From Alkalibacterium sp. (GTDB lineage Bacteria; Bacillota; Bacilli; Lactobacillales; Carnobacteriaceae_A), in the NCBI RefSeq assembly GCF_046484155.1, contig NZ_JAWOBT010000133.1:5785-69784 (forward strand): a stretch of 64,000 bases of DNA, given 5' to 3'. Position numbers and translations under genes: made by a program. This document shows positions 20,662-30,318 of the stretch, piece after piece. The notes below the pieces were generated by a model. It was given only the letters and a program-made list of their open reading frames with translations, did no database searches and had not been told where the DNA came from. Numbering within the stretch: position 1 is the stretch's first letter; the number at the start of each line of letters is the position of its first letter.

Positions 20662-21444
20662 ATGTATTTATTTGAGCAGTTTGGTATGGAAGGCGAAGAA
20701 TTATTTAGATATTCCTCTTTAACAGATTTGAATTTCCCTCTTCATTTCCATCGAGCCTATGAAATAATGGTAGTGGAAAAGGGCGAAATGGTAGTGAAAA
20801 TTGAAGAAAGAGAGTATACCTTGAGAGCAAATGAAGCAGTATTTATTTTCCCTAATCAATTACATGAATTCTCGACCCTTGACCATTCAGTGTGTAAAGC
20901 ATTCATTTTTTCACCTGAATTGATTGGACATTTTTTTTCTGCTTATAAAAGTTCTGTGCCGATCAATAATAAATTTATGGTGGATGATATCCCTCTAAAA
21001 GATGAATTCCCAACTGTTTATGCTCAAAAAGGTTTGCTTTATAATTATTGTGATAGATTAATTCAAACAACTTCTTTTGAATCGATTAAAGTAACATCTA
21101 AACGAAAAATCATCCAAAACATTCTCGTCTATATAGATAACCACTACCAAGATGATTGTACATTAAGAGATGTTTCGAAATCTATCCAGTACGACTATGC
21201 TTATTTATCAAAATTATTCTATCATTATACAAATTTGACATTTACCACGTACTTAAACAGATACCGGTTAACTCAAGCTGCATATTTATTACTCAATAGC
21301 GAAGAAGCCGTTAGTGAAGTGGCTCAAAAATGTGGATATAAAACATTGCGGACATTTAACCGAAACTTTAAAGCTTTTAAAAATGTATCGCCAACAGTCT
21401 TTAGAGAAAATAATGAATTTTCTGAAAAAAATCTAGATAAATAG
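20662..21444 (+). CDS. AraC-family transcriptional regulator
   Basis: N-terminal cupin (LHFH..YE, PNQLH) and C-terminal double HTH (YLSKLF, CGY....FNR.FK....SP..FR). Confidence 0.92.
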   Translation: MYLFEQFGMEGEELFRYSSLTDLNFPLHFHRAYEIMVVEKGEMVVKIEEREYTLRANEAVFIFPNQLHEFSTLDHSVCKAFIFSPELIGHFFSAYKSSVPINNKFMVDDIPLKDEFPTVYAQKGLLYNYCDRLIQTTSFESIKVTSKRKIIQNILVYIDNHYQDDCTLRDVSKSIQYDYAYLSKLFYHYTNLTFTTYLNRYRLTQAAYLLLNSEEAVSEVAQKCGYKTLRTFNRNFKAFKNVSPTVFRENNEFSEKNLDK

Positions 21445-21484
21445 TCATGTATTAGATAAACTAGTCAAGGAAGGAGGACTTGGT

Positions 21485-23896
21485 GTGCAACAACTTGATT
21501 TTTCAAATGAAGAGAGTTCAGAAGAATACATCATCGGTGAAATAGTAGCGATTTATTTTTCTAATCCATCTAACTACTATAAAGTTATATTAGTTAAAAT
21601 TGATTCCACCAATACAAAGGTTAAAGAAACACAGACAATAGTCACGGGGAATTTTGGACAAATCCAAGAAGGCGATCCTTATAAATTCTTTGGTAAATGG
21701 ACAGATCATCCTAAATATGGGCTGCAGTTTCTATCGACGAAATATATAAAAGAAAAACCGTCTACTGAAGAAGCAATCGTTACTTACCTTTCTAGCCCAC
21801 GTTTCAGGGGGATCGGTAAAAAATCAGCCGAAAAAATAGTTGAAACACTAGGTCTTGAAAGTCTGGATAAAATATTAGCAGACGAAAGTGTTTTGGACGA
21901 TGTTCCCGGATTAAATCAATCGAAAAAAATGATGCTGCTATCTGTATTAGATAAAGAACAGGGCATGCAGAAAATCATTATAGCTTTAAATAATTATGGC
22001 ATTTCAAACCAGCTCGCTTATAAAATATACCAGCGATTTGAAGGTGAAACCTTATCAGTAATCCAATCTAATCCGTATAAATTAATTGTAGAGATTGAAG
22101 GTATCGGTTTTAAACGTGCAGATTCGGTAGCTGAAGAAATTGGTGTTGAAGGAGATGCTCCGGAACGAATCAAGGCAGGTATTTTATACACACTTGAAGA
22201 ACAAACCATGAAATCTGGAGACACATATGTTGAAGCGGATTTTCTATTGCATCAGAGTTTGAAAATACTGGAAAGTAGCCGTTCGTTTATTATTAATCCG
22301 GATTTAGTAGCTGAGATTATTATAGAATTAGTTGATTTGCAGAACATCATTCAAGAAGAAAATCGCTTTTATCTACCCTCTTTATATGCTTCCGAATGGG
22401 GTATTGCAGGGGCATTAGAAAGATTGATGACGAGCTCAGATAAAGAAACAATAAAAGAAAAAGATATCGACAAAAAAATCAAGCAGTTTGAAAAACGTCG
22501 AGGGATAATATTTGGTTCATCTCAAAAAGAAGCGATAAGAAGAGCATTGACCTCTTCAGTTTTCTTATTAACAGGAGGACCTGGTACTGGTAAAACGACA
22601 GTGTTGGAAGTTATTGTGTCGGTTTTTGCTGATTTACATGATTTGAGTCTCGATCCAGCTGATTACCCGAATGACCCTTATCCCGTTATCTTAGCTGCGC
22701 CAACCGGACGCGCGGCTAAACGGATGAAAGAAACAACGGGCCTACCGTCGAGCACCATTCATCGATTACTTGGATTAACGGGTTCCGAGGAAGATCCGAT
22801 GCAAGAGACCGATCGCATGTTGAAAGGATCCCTATTGATCATCGATGAGATGTCTATGGTGGATACCTGGTTGGCCTATCAGCTATTAAAATCAGTTCCT
22901 AATGATATGAAAGTCATTATGGTGGGGGATAAAGATCAGTTACCTTCTGTAGGTCCCGGTCAGGTTTTGAGAGATTTAATTTCAAGCGAAATGATTGAAA
23001 AAAAAGAATTGACTGAGATTTACCGTCAGGATGACGGATCCTCCATTGTTTCATTGGCTCACGAAATAAAGAAAGGTCAAATTCCATCAGATTTTACTGG
23101 TAAAAAAAAGGACCGCAATTTTTTCCCGTGCGTCACAAACCGTGTTGTTGAAGTAGTCTCTTTACTGGTTACTAAAGCAATTGAAAAAGGCTATACAGCC
23201 CAGGATATTCAGGTGCTTGCTCCTATATATAAAGGGCACGCCGGTATAGACAATCTAAATAAAAATCTTCAAAACTTGTTTAATCCCAAAGATGAAAAAA
23301 CCAAAGAAGTTGAATTCAAGGATAAATCTTACCGAATTGGTGATAAAGTATTACAACTCATTAATGAACCTGAAAGAAATGTGTTTAACGGAGATATGGG
23401 CATCATAAAGGGAATCATTTCATCCAAAGAATCTGAAAATAACGTGGAAGAACTAGTCATAGATTTTGATGGCAATGAAGTGAATTATCTCAGAAATGAG
23501 TGGAATAAAATTACTCTTTCGTATTGCTGTTCTATTCATAAATCACAGGGAAGCGAGTATCCAATGGTGATTCTGCCTATAGTATACGGATATGGAAGAA
23601 TGTTGAAAAAAGATATTGTTTATACAGCTATAACGCGTGCAAGTCAGACGTTACTTTTATGTGGAGAAGAATCTGCTTTTGTAAAAAGTATTTCAGAGAA
23701 CACAACTGAGCGATTAACTTCATTATCCATGCGGATCAATAGTGAAAAGGAAAAAGAGGCTGTAACATTAAAAAGAAAAGTTCCCAAAAAAGCGACTAGT
23801 AATAATGTTACAAAAACAAAATATGTGTTGACGCCTTCTCATATAGACAGTGATTCAGTCAATCCGATGATTGGAATGGAAGATATTAGACCTTAA
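21485..23896 (+). CDS. recD2: ATP-dependent RecD2 DNA helicase
   Basis: HPKYG.QF, GIGFKRAD, GGPGTGKT, APTGRAA, DEMSM, GDKDQLPSVGPG, HKSQGSE. Confidence 0.95.
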   Translation: MQQLDFSNEESSEEYIIGEIVAIYFSNPSNYYKVILVKIDSTNTKVKETQTIVTGNFGQIQEGDPYKFFGKWTDHPKYGLQFLSTKYIKEKPSTEEAIVTYLSSPRFRGIGKKSAEKIVETLGLESLDKILADESVLDDVPGLNQSKKMMLLSVLDKEQGMQKIIIALNNYGISNQLAYKIYQRFEGETLSVIQSNPYKLIVEIEGIGFKRADSVAEEIGVEGDAPERIKAGILYTLEEQTMKSGDTYVEADFLLHQSLKILESSRSFIINPDLVAEIIIELVDLQNIIQEENRFYLPSLYASEWGIAGALERLMTSSDKETIKEKDIDKKIKQFEKRRGIIFGSSQKEAIRRALTSSVFLLTGGPGTGKTTVLEVIVSVFADLHDLSLDPADYPNDPYPVILAAPTGRAAKRMKETTGLPSSTIHRLLGLTGSEEDPMQETDRMLKGSLLIIDEMSMVDTWLAYQLLKSVPNDMKVIMVGDKDQLPSVGPGQVLRDLISSEMIEKKELTEIYRQDDGSSIVSLAHEIKKGQIPSDFTGKKKDRNFFPCVTNRVVEVVSLLVTKAIEKGYTAQDIQVLAPIYKGHAGIDNLNKNLQNLFNPKDEKTKEVEFKDKSYRIGDKVLQLINEPERNVFNGDMGIIKGIISSKESENNVEELVIDFDGNEVNYLRNEWNKITLSYCCSIHKSQGSEYPMVILPIVYGYGRMLKKDIVYTAITRASQTLLLCGEESAFVKSISENTTERLTSLSMRINSEKEKEAVTLKRKVPKKATSNNVTKTKYVLTPSHIDSDSVNPMIGMEDIRP

Positions 23897-23930
23897 AAAA
23901 GTGACCTCATTTAAATGAGGTCACTTTTTT
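23895..23930. terminator. Bidirectional terminator (perfect palindrome)
   Basis: AAAAAAGTGACCTCATTT|AAATGAGGTCACTTTTTT between convergent genes. Confidence 0.85.
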
Positions 23931-23938
23931 AATTAAGA

Positions 23939-24856
23939 CTAAATCCAAAAGGATTGTTTTATTAGTTTGACAGAGATGTTTTGCACGTTTTTATCTATTA
24001 ATTCGCCGTCTTTTTGTCCATATTGAGGAGTATAGAGTCTTAGTTTACAAGAAGAAACCCTATGAGAATGCAGTTTCGGATGATTTAAATGCTTCTGGGT
24101 GGTTAATACCGAAAATAAAATATGCAGTAATTCCCAGAAAGTGACCTTTTCAGCAACGACTACATCGATCAGCTCATCGGTTGCATCTGCTTGTGGATGG
24201 ATAGGGATTCCTCCGGCGAAGAATTTATTATTCGTACATAAAACTAATAAGGCTTCGCCATAAGTGAATGTTCGATCATCCGCAATCAACTTCAACGGGA
24301 AAGGTTTCTGTGAAAAATAGGCAGACATAACAGAAGCAATGTAAAAAAACTTGTTGTTTGTTTGTTTGCTTTTTGTCTGATCGATTTTATACATGACCAA
24401 GCCATCTATTCCAAATCCTATGCTATTGACAGCTATGATATTTAAAGTATCAGATAAGCCCACCAAAATATCCAGTGGTGTAGGTTCGCTTGTTTCGACT
24501 ATGTTGTGTATGGATGTTTCAATGGACAAAGGCAAATCAAGCGATCGAGCAAAATCGTTTCCGGATCCGGTCGGTATGTAGCCAACGGGCAAATGATTGC
24601 CGGCATTGACTAATCCGTTAACGACTTCATTTAACGTGCCATCGCCTCCGACAGCAACGATAAGTGAATTGTTTGCTATTTTATTCGCAAACGATTCAGC
24701 TAACAAAGTAGCATGTTGCTTATATTGGGTTATATGGATTTCATATGTACTATCAAAACGGTCCATAATTTCTCTGATTTGATTCGTTGTTTTTTTCCCG
24801 TGTCTTGAATATTCATTGATAATAAAGATTAAATGTTTATTATGCACAGTCATCAC
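23939..24856 (-). CDS. Diacylglycerol/lipid kinase family protein (YegS/DgkB-like)
   Basis: VGGDGTLNEVVNG, IPTGSGNDFAR, QKDGE. Confidence 0.9.
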   Translation of the reverse strand: MMTVHNKHLIFIINEYSRHGKKTTNQIREIMDRFDSTYEIHITQYKQHATLLAESFANKIANNSLIVAVGGDGTLNEVVNGLVNAGNHLPVGYIPTGSGNDFARSLDLPLSIETSIHNIVETSEPTPLDILVGLSDTLNIIAVNSIGFGIDGLVMYKIDQTKSKQTNNKFFYIASVMSAYFSQKPFPLKLIADDRTFTYGEALLVLCTNNKFFAGGIPIHPQADATDELIDVVVAEKVTFWELLHILFSVLTTQKHLNHPKLHSHRVSSCKLRLYTPQYGQKDGELIDKNVQNISVKLIKQSFWI

Positions 24857-25013
24857 CGATTTCTATTTAATAACCATAGTATACGTGAAAATAGGATAAA
24901 AGAAAGATAAGATTAAAGATTTAAAGTTAAAAAAAGTAATCCTTGTATTCCCCTTGCTTTAAATGTTAAAATGTCTCGGGTTGACTAAATTTAATATATA
25001 AGGAGGATATCAG

Positions 25014-25907
25014 ATGTTACGAGTAGCAAAAAAATATACGTTAAGTGCAGTGGATTATACCTATATTATATTCGGGTCGTTTTTGACGGCGGTTTCATTT
25101 CAAGTGTTTTTATTGCCCAATGACATAGTGTCAGGCGGAGTATCTGGGTTATCTATTGCCGCGAATTCAATGTTTGGCTGGGAACCTGCTCTGTTCCAAT
25201 ATGCACTGAATATCCCCTTATTGGTAGTATGCTTTATCCTATTAGGAAAAGAAGCTGGATATAAAACGATATTAGGAAGTTTGCTTTTACCGTTCTTCTT
25301 AAGTTTTATTGGACACTGGGGCCCCATTACTACAGAACCGCTACTGGCGGCATTATATGGTGGAGGACTTACAGGATTAGGGATAGGAATTGTTTATCGA
25401 GCAAAATCATCGACAGGCGGGACAAGCGTTATTGTTCAGATACTTTATCAGTATTTACATTTTCAATTGGGTTTCAGCACAATAATAGTAGATGGCCTTG
25501 TCATATTGGTTGCATTACTAGTCTTTGACGTTGAAACAGTCATGTTTTCTCTGATCTCTCTCTTTATCGTTTCGCGTACGATCGACCTGGTACAGCTTGG
25601 GTTTAATCGTAATAAAAATGTATTTATCATTTCGGATAATCCTGAAGATATCAGACAGGAAATTCTGCATACCATGGAACGTGGCGTGACGAACTTGGGT
25701 ATTCGTGGAGGATACGGAAATACAGATAAAGATATGCTTATGGCAGTTATCCAAGAGAGAGAATTCACACTATTGAAAGAAGCTGTGCTAAAAGCAGATG
25801 CGAATGCCTTTGTTGTAGCTATGCCAGCGAGTGAAGTCTTAGGGCGTGGGTTTTCACTGCATAAATATTTTCCGGCAAACGAAACAGAATGGACAGATAC
25901 AGAATAA
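25014..25907 (+). CDS. YitT-family membrane protein
   Basis: GGVSGLSI, NIPL, STGGT, RGVT, DANAFV. Confidence 0.9.
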   Translation: MLRVAKKYTLSAVDYTYIIFGSFLTAVSFQVFLLPNDIVSGGVSGLSIAANSMFGWEPALFQYALNIPLLVVCFILLGKEAGYKTILGSLLLPFFLSFIGHWGPITTEPLLAALYGGGLTGLGIGIVYRAKSSTGGTSVIVQILYQYLHFQLGFSTIIVDGLVILVALLVFDVETVMFSLISLFIVSRTIDLVQLGFNRNKNVFIISDNPEDIRQEILHTMERGVTNLGIRGGYGNTDKDMLMAVIQEREFTLLKEAVLKADANAFVVAMPASEVLGRGFSLHKYFPANETEWTDTE

Positions 25908-25959
25908 TACATTTCAACAATATTGTGTTAAATAATTAAGTGAGATGAACAGAGAATTA

Positions 25960-25988
25960 TTGACTAATCGGTTTATCTACGCTATAAT
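25960..25988 (+). promoter_or_regulatory. SigA promoter of alaS
   Basis: TTGACT-17 bp-TATAAT. Confidence 0.85.
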
Positions 25989-25997
25989 TCTATCATT

Positions 25998-26215
25998 CAT
26001 AGAAGGACATACTAGGGTGTAATCAAAGAGAGATATTCAAAAGCTGAAAGAATATTACACACGGTTAGTGCTACCATTCTATTATTCATAAGAAATTATG
26101 ACGTTACTTGGCGTTAACAAGTCTTAAGAGGTAATGACTGACTGAATAAGTTATTGCAAACAAGGTGGTACCGCGCACACTCGTCCTTGTCTGTAGTAGT
26201 TTATTCAGTTTTTTT
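25998..26215 (+). promoter_or_regulatory. T-box riboswitch, Ala specifier (GCT)
   Basis: AGAGA and GCTGA apical motifs, GCT at 26070-26072, GCGTTA, T-box CAAGGTGGTACCGCG at 26161-26175; lies upstream of alaS. Confidence 0.9.
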
Positions 26216-26249
26216 GTTTTATATATATTTTAGATTAAAGGAGAAATGA

Positions 26250-28904
26250 ATGATGAAGAAATTATCAAGTTCAGAGTTAAGACAACTCTTTTTAGATTTT
26301 TTCAAAGAAAAAGGGCATAAAATCGAAAAGAGTGCATCACTAGTTCCGGTAGAAGATCCTACATTACTTTGGATCAATTCTGGGGTAGCTACAATGAAAA
26401 AATACTTTGATGGTACAGTAAAACCGGATAATCCGAGAATCGCGAGTTCACAGAAAAGTATTCGAACAAATGACATTGAAAATGTTGGTGTGACTGCTAG
26501 ACACCACACATTATTTGAAATGTTGGGTAATTTTTCAATAGGGGATTACTTTAAAGAAGAAGCAATTGAATGGGCATGGGAATTTTTGACTGGAAATGAG
26601 TGGTTAGCGCTAGACCCAGAAAAACTGTATATCACTGTCTACCCGCAAGACGATGAAACGTATGCGATTTGGAAAGATAAAATCGGTGTGGATGAAGCGC
26701 ATTTAATCAAAGAAGAAGGCAATTTTTGGGATATCGGGGAAGGACCCTGCGGACCGGATTCTGAAATATTTTATGATAGAGGCGAATCGTTCAACAATTT
26801 ACCAGAAGGACATGTAGAGAACTATCCTGGTGGAGAAAATGAACGTTGGTTAGAAATATGGAATTTGGTCTTTTCAGAATTCAATCACAAATCAGATGAT
26901 ACGTATGAACCCTTACCTAATAAAAATATAGATACAGGTATGGGGCTCGAACGTATTGTATCGGTCATTCAAGATGCTCCAACTAATTTTGAAACAGATT
27001 TATTTCTGCCAATTATAAATAAAGTGGCAGAAATTTCCGGATATCAATACGGGGATGATTCAAAAAATAAAGTGAGTTTCAAAGTAATTGCTGATCACAT
27101 TCGTACGCTAGTATTTGCAATTAGCGACGGTGCATTGCCCTCTAATGAAGGTCGTGGCTATGTATTAAGACGGTTGCTCAGAAGAAGCGTCATGCACGGG
27201 AGAAAGTTAGACATTGAAAAACCATTCTTGACACAGCTTGTTCCAGTGGTTGCAGAAATCATGAAAGAACATTATCCAGAAGTTAGTGAAAAAACTGAAT
27301 TCGTTGAGAAGGTTATCTTGAATGAAGAAGAAAGATTCCTTGAAACACTGTCTGCGGGCTTAGATAAAGTTAAAGAAACTGTCAGTCAATTAAAAGCAGA
27401 AGGCCAGACAGTAATTTCAGGGAAAGATGTTTTTCAGTTATATGACACCTATGGTTTTCCTATAGAATTAACTGAGGAAGTCATACTTGAAGAAAATATG
27501 AAAATCAATTATGAAGAATTTGAAATGGAAATGGAAAAACAACGGGAGAGAGCCCGTTCTGCACGTCAAGCTGAAGGATCTATGGCTATTCACTCGTCAC
27601 TTTTAAACAGTCTCACCATGACGAGTGACTTTGTTGGTTATGAGACTGATGAAACAACCAGTAAATTGGTTAAAATTATTAAGAATGATGCGTTTGCTGA
27701 AACAGTCGAACCAGGGGAATTAGTCAGACTTATATTCGAGGAAAGTCCTTTTTATGCTGAAAAAGGTGGACAAGTAGGAGACAGTGGTTTAATTCTCAAT
27801 GAAGATCAAACTGTCATGGCTGAGGTCACGAACGTAAAATCTGGTCCTGAAGGTCAGCCTATTCATGAAGCAGAGGTTAGACAAACCTTGACTGCGAATG
27901 AAATCTATCATCTAGTCATCGATAAAAAGCGCAGAAGCTTGATCGAACGTAACCATACAGCTACGCACCTTTTACATCAAGCGTTAAAAGACATTATTGG
28001 TAATCATGCAAATCAAGCAGGGTCACTGGTTGAAGATGAATACTTGAGATTTGACTTTACTCATTTTGGACAAGTGACAGAAGATGAATTGAAAGAAGTG
28101 GAAGAAATTGTCAATCAGAAAATCCGAGAAAATATGATAATAAAAACTGTTGAAACGGATATCGAGACAGCAAAAGATATGGGCGCAATGGCCTTGTTCG
28201 GCGAGAAATACGGTGAAAACGTACGTGTCGTAATGATTGATGATTATTCCAAAGAGCTATGCGGGGGAACGCACGTCAATTCTACATCTGAGATAGGACT
28301 ATTCAAAATCATTTCAGAAAGTGGTATAGGCGCGGGAACAAGAAGAATTATTGCACAAACGAGCGAGGGCGCTTATCGGTGGATGGAAGAGCAACTAACT
28401 ATCTTGAAGCAAGTGTCCAAACTTATGAAAATACAATCACTAACTGATCTTCCAGTTAAAATCGAAGGCTTGCAGAAAGAATTGAAAGATATCAGTCAGA
28501 TAAATGAGTCGTTACATTCAAAATTAGCTAATGCACAAGCTGAAGATATCTTTACCCAAGTCAAAACTGTAGGAGACTTAACGGTTATCGCGGAAGAAAT
28601 CAAAGCAAAAGACATGAATCAATTAAGACAGTTAGCCGATAAATGGAAACAAAATAATTATTCAGATATTTTAGTACTGGGTCTGAGAAATGAAGGCAAA
28701 GTAAATATTATTGCATCACTTAATCAAAAAGCAATAGATAAAAAATTGAAAGCAGGCAACTTAATAAAAACAATCTCTCCATATGTAAAAGGCGGAGGCG
28801 GAGGCCGTGATGACTTTGCTCAAGCTGGAGGTAAAAAACCTGATGGACTGCCAGAAGCACTAAAAGCAGTTCCGGAGTGGATCGAGCTGAACCGAGAACC
28901 TTAA
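26250..28904 (+). CDS. alaS: Alanine--tRNA ligase
   Basis: DPTLLWINSG, RHHTLFEMLGNFS, IDTGMGLER, editing-domain HTATH and ELCGGTH, GGGGGR..FAQAGG. Confidence 0.98.
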   Translation: MMKKLSSSELRQLFLDFFKEKGHKIEKSASLVPVEDPTLLWINSGVATMKKYFDGTVKPDNPRIASSQKSIRTNDIENVGVTARHHTLFEMLGNFSIGDYFKEEAIEWAWEFLTGNEWLALDPEKLYITVYPQDDETYAIWKDKIGVDEAHLIKEEGNFWDIGEGPCGPDSEIFYDRGESFNNLPEGHVENYPGGENERWLEIWNLVFSEFNHKSDDTYEPLPNKNIDTGMGLERIVSVIQDAPTNFETDLFLPIINKVAEISGYQYGDDSKNKVSFKVIADHIRTLVFAISDGALPSNEGRGYVLRRLLRRSVMHGRKLDIEKPFLTQLVPVVAEIMKEHYPEVSEKTEFVEKVILNEEERFLETLSAGLDKVKETVSQLKAEGQTVISGKDVFQLYDTYGFPIELTEEVILEENMKINYEEFEMEMEKQRERARSARQAEGSMAIHSSLLNSLTMTSDFVGYETDETTSKLVKIIKNDAFAETVEPGELVRLIFEESPFYAEKGGQVGDSGLILNEDQTVMAEVTNVKSGPEGQPIHEAEVRQTLTANEIYHLVIDKKRRSLIERNHTATHLLHQALKDIIGNHANQAGSLVEDEYLRFDFTHFGQVTEDELKEVEEIVNQKIRENMIIKTVETDIETAKDMGAMALFGEKYGENVRVVMIDDYSKELCGGTHVNSTSEIGLFKIISESGIGAGTRRIIAQTSEGAYRWMEEQLTILKQVSKLMKIQSLTDLPVKIEGLQKELKDISQINESLHSKLANAQAEDIFTQVKTVGDLTVIAEEIKAKDMNQLRQLADKWKQNNYSDILVLGLRNEGKVNIIASLNQKAIDKKLKAGNLIKTISPYVKGGGGGRDDFAQAGGKKPDGLPEALKAVPEWIELNREP

Positions 28905-29058
28905 CGACAGTGGTAACCTTCTAAAAAAATTTCGCTTATAGATTACATTGTACTTTGAATAGATTTCTAGTAAAATGAACATAACAGAAATTTTTGATTA
29001 ATGAATATTTTAAACGGGTAACTTATATTCGTTAATGAAAAGACGGAGGGAACGTTAA

Positions 29059-29316
29059 ATGACTATAAATGATCATACTGTTCGATTTAGTGTTGATAAT
29101 ATTGATGAACACAATGTCGATGAAACGCTAAGACTGGTATATAAAGCCCTAGAAGAAAAAGGATATAATCCTATAAATCAAATTGTTGGTTATTTATTAT
29201 CGGGAGATCCTGCTTATATACCTCGTCATAATGATGCGAGAAACTTGATAAAACGTCATGAAAGAGATGAAATTTTAGAAGAATTAGTTGCTCGTTATAT
29301 TGAGAACAAAAAATAA
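29059..29316 (+). CDS. IreB/ReoM-family (UPF0297) regulatory phosphoprotein
   Basis: [26 protein letters not shown]. Confidence 0.95.
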   Translation: MTINDHTVRFSVDNIDEHNVDETLRLVYKALEEKGYNPINQIVGYLLSGDPAYIPRHNDARNLIKRHERDEILEELVARYIENKK

Positions 29317-29317
29317 G

Positions 29318-29755
29318 ATGCGTATCATGGGATTGGATGTCGGCTCGAAAACTGTAGGTGTTGCTGTCAGCGATTATTTTGGTTGGACAGCTCAAGGAAT
29401 AGAAACAGTTCAAATTAATGAATCTAAGAATCAATTCGGTCTTGAACGAATCAAAGAACTCGTTGAAGAGTATGAGGTAGAGTCGTTCGTAGTAGGTTTA
29501 CCTAAGAATATGAATGGCACAATTGGTGAACGTGCTGAGATTTCAATGGAATACGGGAAAAAACTCGAAGAACTCTTTAAATTACCAGTGACATACCAAG
29601 ACGAACGGTTAACTACTATGCAAGCGACCCGAATGTTGATCGAAGAAGGCAATACTTCACGAAAAAAAAGAAAAAAAGTCATCGATAAACTTGCTGCTGT
29701 AATGATATTACAGAATTATTTAGATCAACATTCAAAAAAAATAAAGGAGGAATAA
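29318..29755 (+). CDS. ruvX: YqgF/RuvX pre-16S rRNA nuclease
   Basis: [38 protein letters not shown]. Confidence 0.95.
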   Translation: MRIMGLDVGSKTVGVAVSDYFGWTAQGIETVQINESKNQFGLERIKELVEEYEVESFVVGLPKNMNGTIGERAEISMEYGKKLEELFKLPVTYQDERLTTMQATRMLIEEGNTSRKKRKKVIDKLAAVMILQNYLDQHSKKIKEE

Positions 29756-29757
29756 TA

Positions 29758-30084
29758 ATGTCAGAGGAACACAACCACGATCACGAAAACGACCATGAAC
29801 ATATCACAATTATCGATGAAGAGGGTAACGAAGAGTTATACGAGATCCTTTTCACGTTTGAATCAGATGATTTCGGTAAATCCTATGTATTAGTTTATCC
29901 GACTGGTACCGACGAAGGAGAAGAAGTTGAACTGTCTGCATTTTCTTATAAAGAATCAGATGGCGGACTTGAAGGTACTTTGAGTTCAATTGAATCAGAT
30001 GCAGAATGGGAAATGATTGAGGAAGTTCTAAATACATTTATCAGCGAAGAGGAAGAGGAAGAAGAAGACGAAGAAGAAGAATAA
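29758..30084 (+). CDS. DUF1292 acidic protein with a poly-Glu tail
   Basis: ITIIDEEGNE.LYEILFTF, EWEMIEEVLNTF; usual position after ruvX. Confidence 0.88.
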   Translation: MSEEHNHDHENDHEHITIIDEEGNEELYEILFTFESDDFGKSYVLVYPTGTDEGEEVELSAFSYKESDGGLEGTLSSIESDAEWEMIEEVLNTFISEEEEEEEDEEEE

Positions 30085-30318
30085 AAGTAAATATAAATAG
30101 AAAGATGGATAGGGAAAAAATAGTCTAACTCATGATGTTATAGGTATGAAAGACTTTTCGCTATCCATTTTTTTTATGGAATAAAACATGCTATTGATTA
30201 GAATACTCATCGTACTAGATATTAAATCAAAGTGAGAAGGAGAATTACTTTTCTGTAGCATACATATTGTGTATAATGATTAAGACAACTATCTTATTAA
30301 AAAAAGGATGGACAGTTC

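Noticed and set aside
30046-30081. GAA/GAG microrepeat
   Set aside because: It only encodes the acidic tail of the DUF1292 protein.
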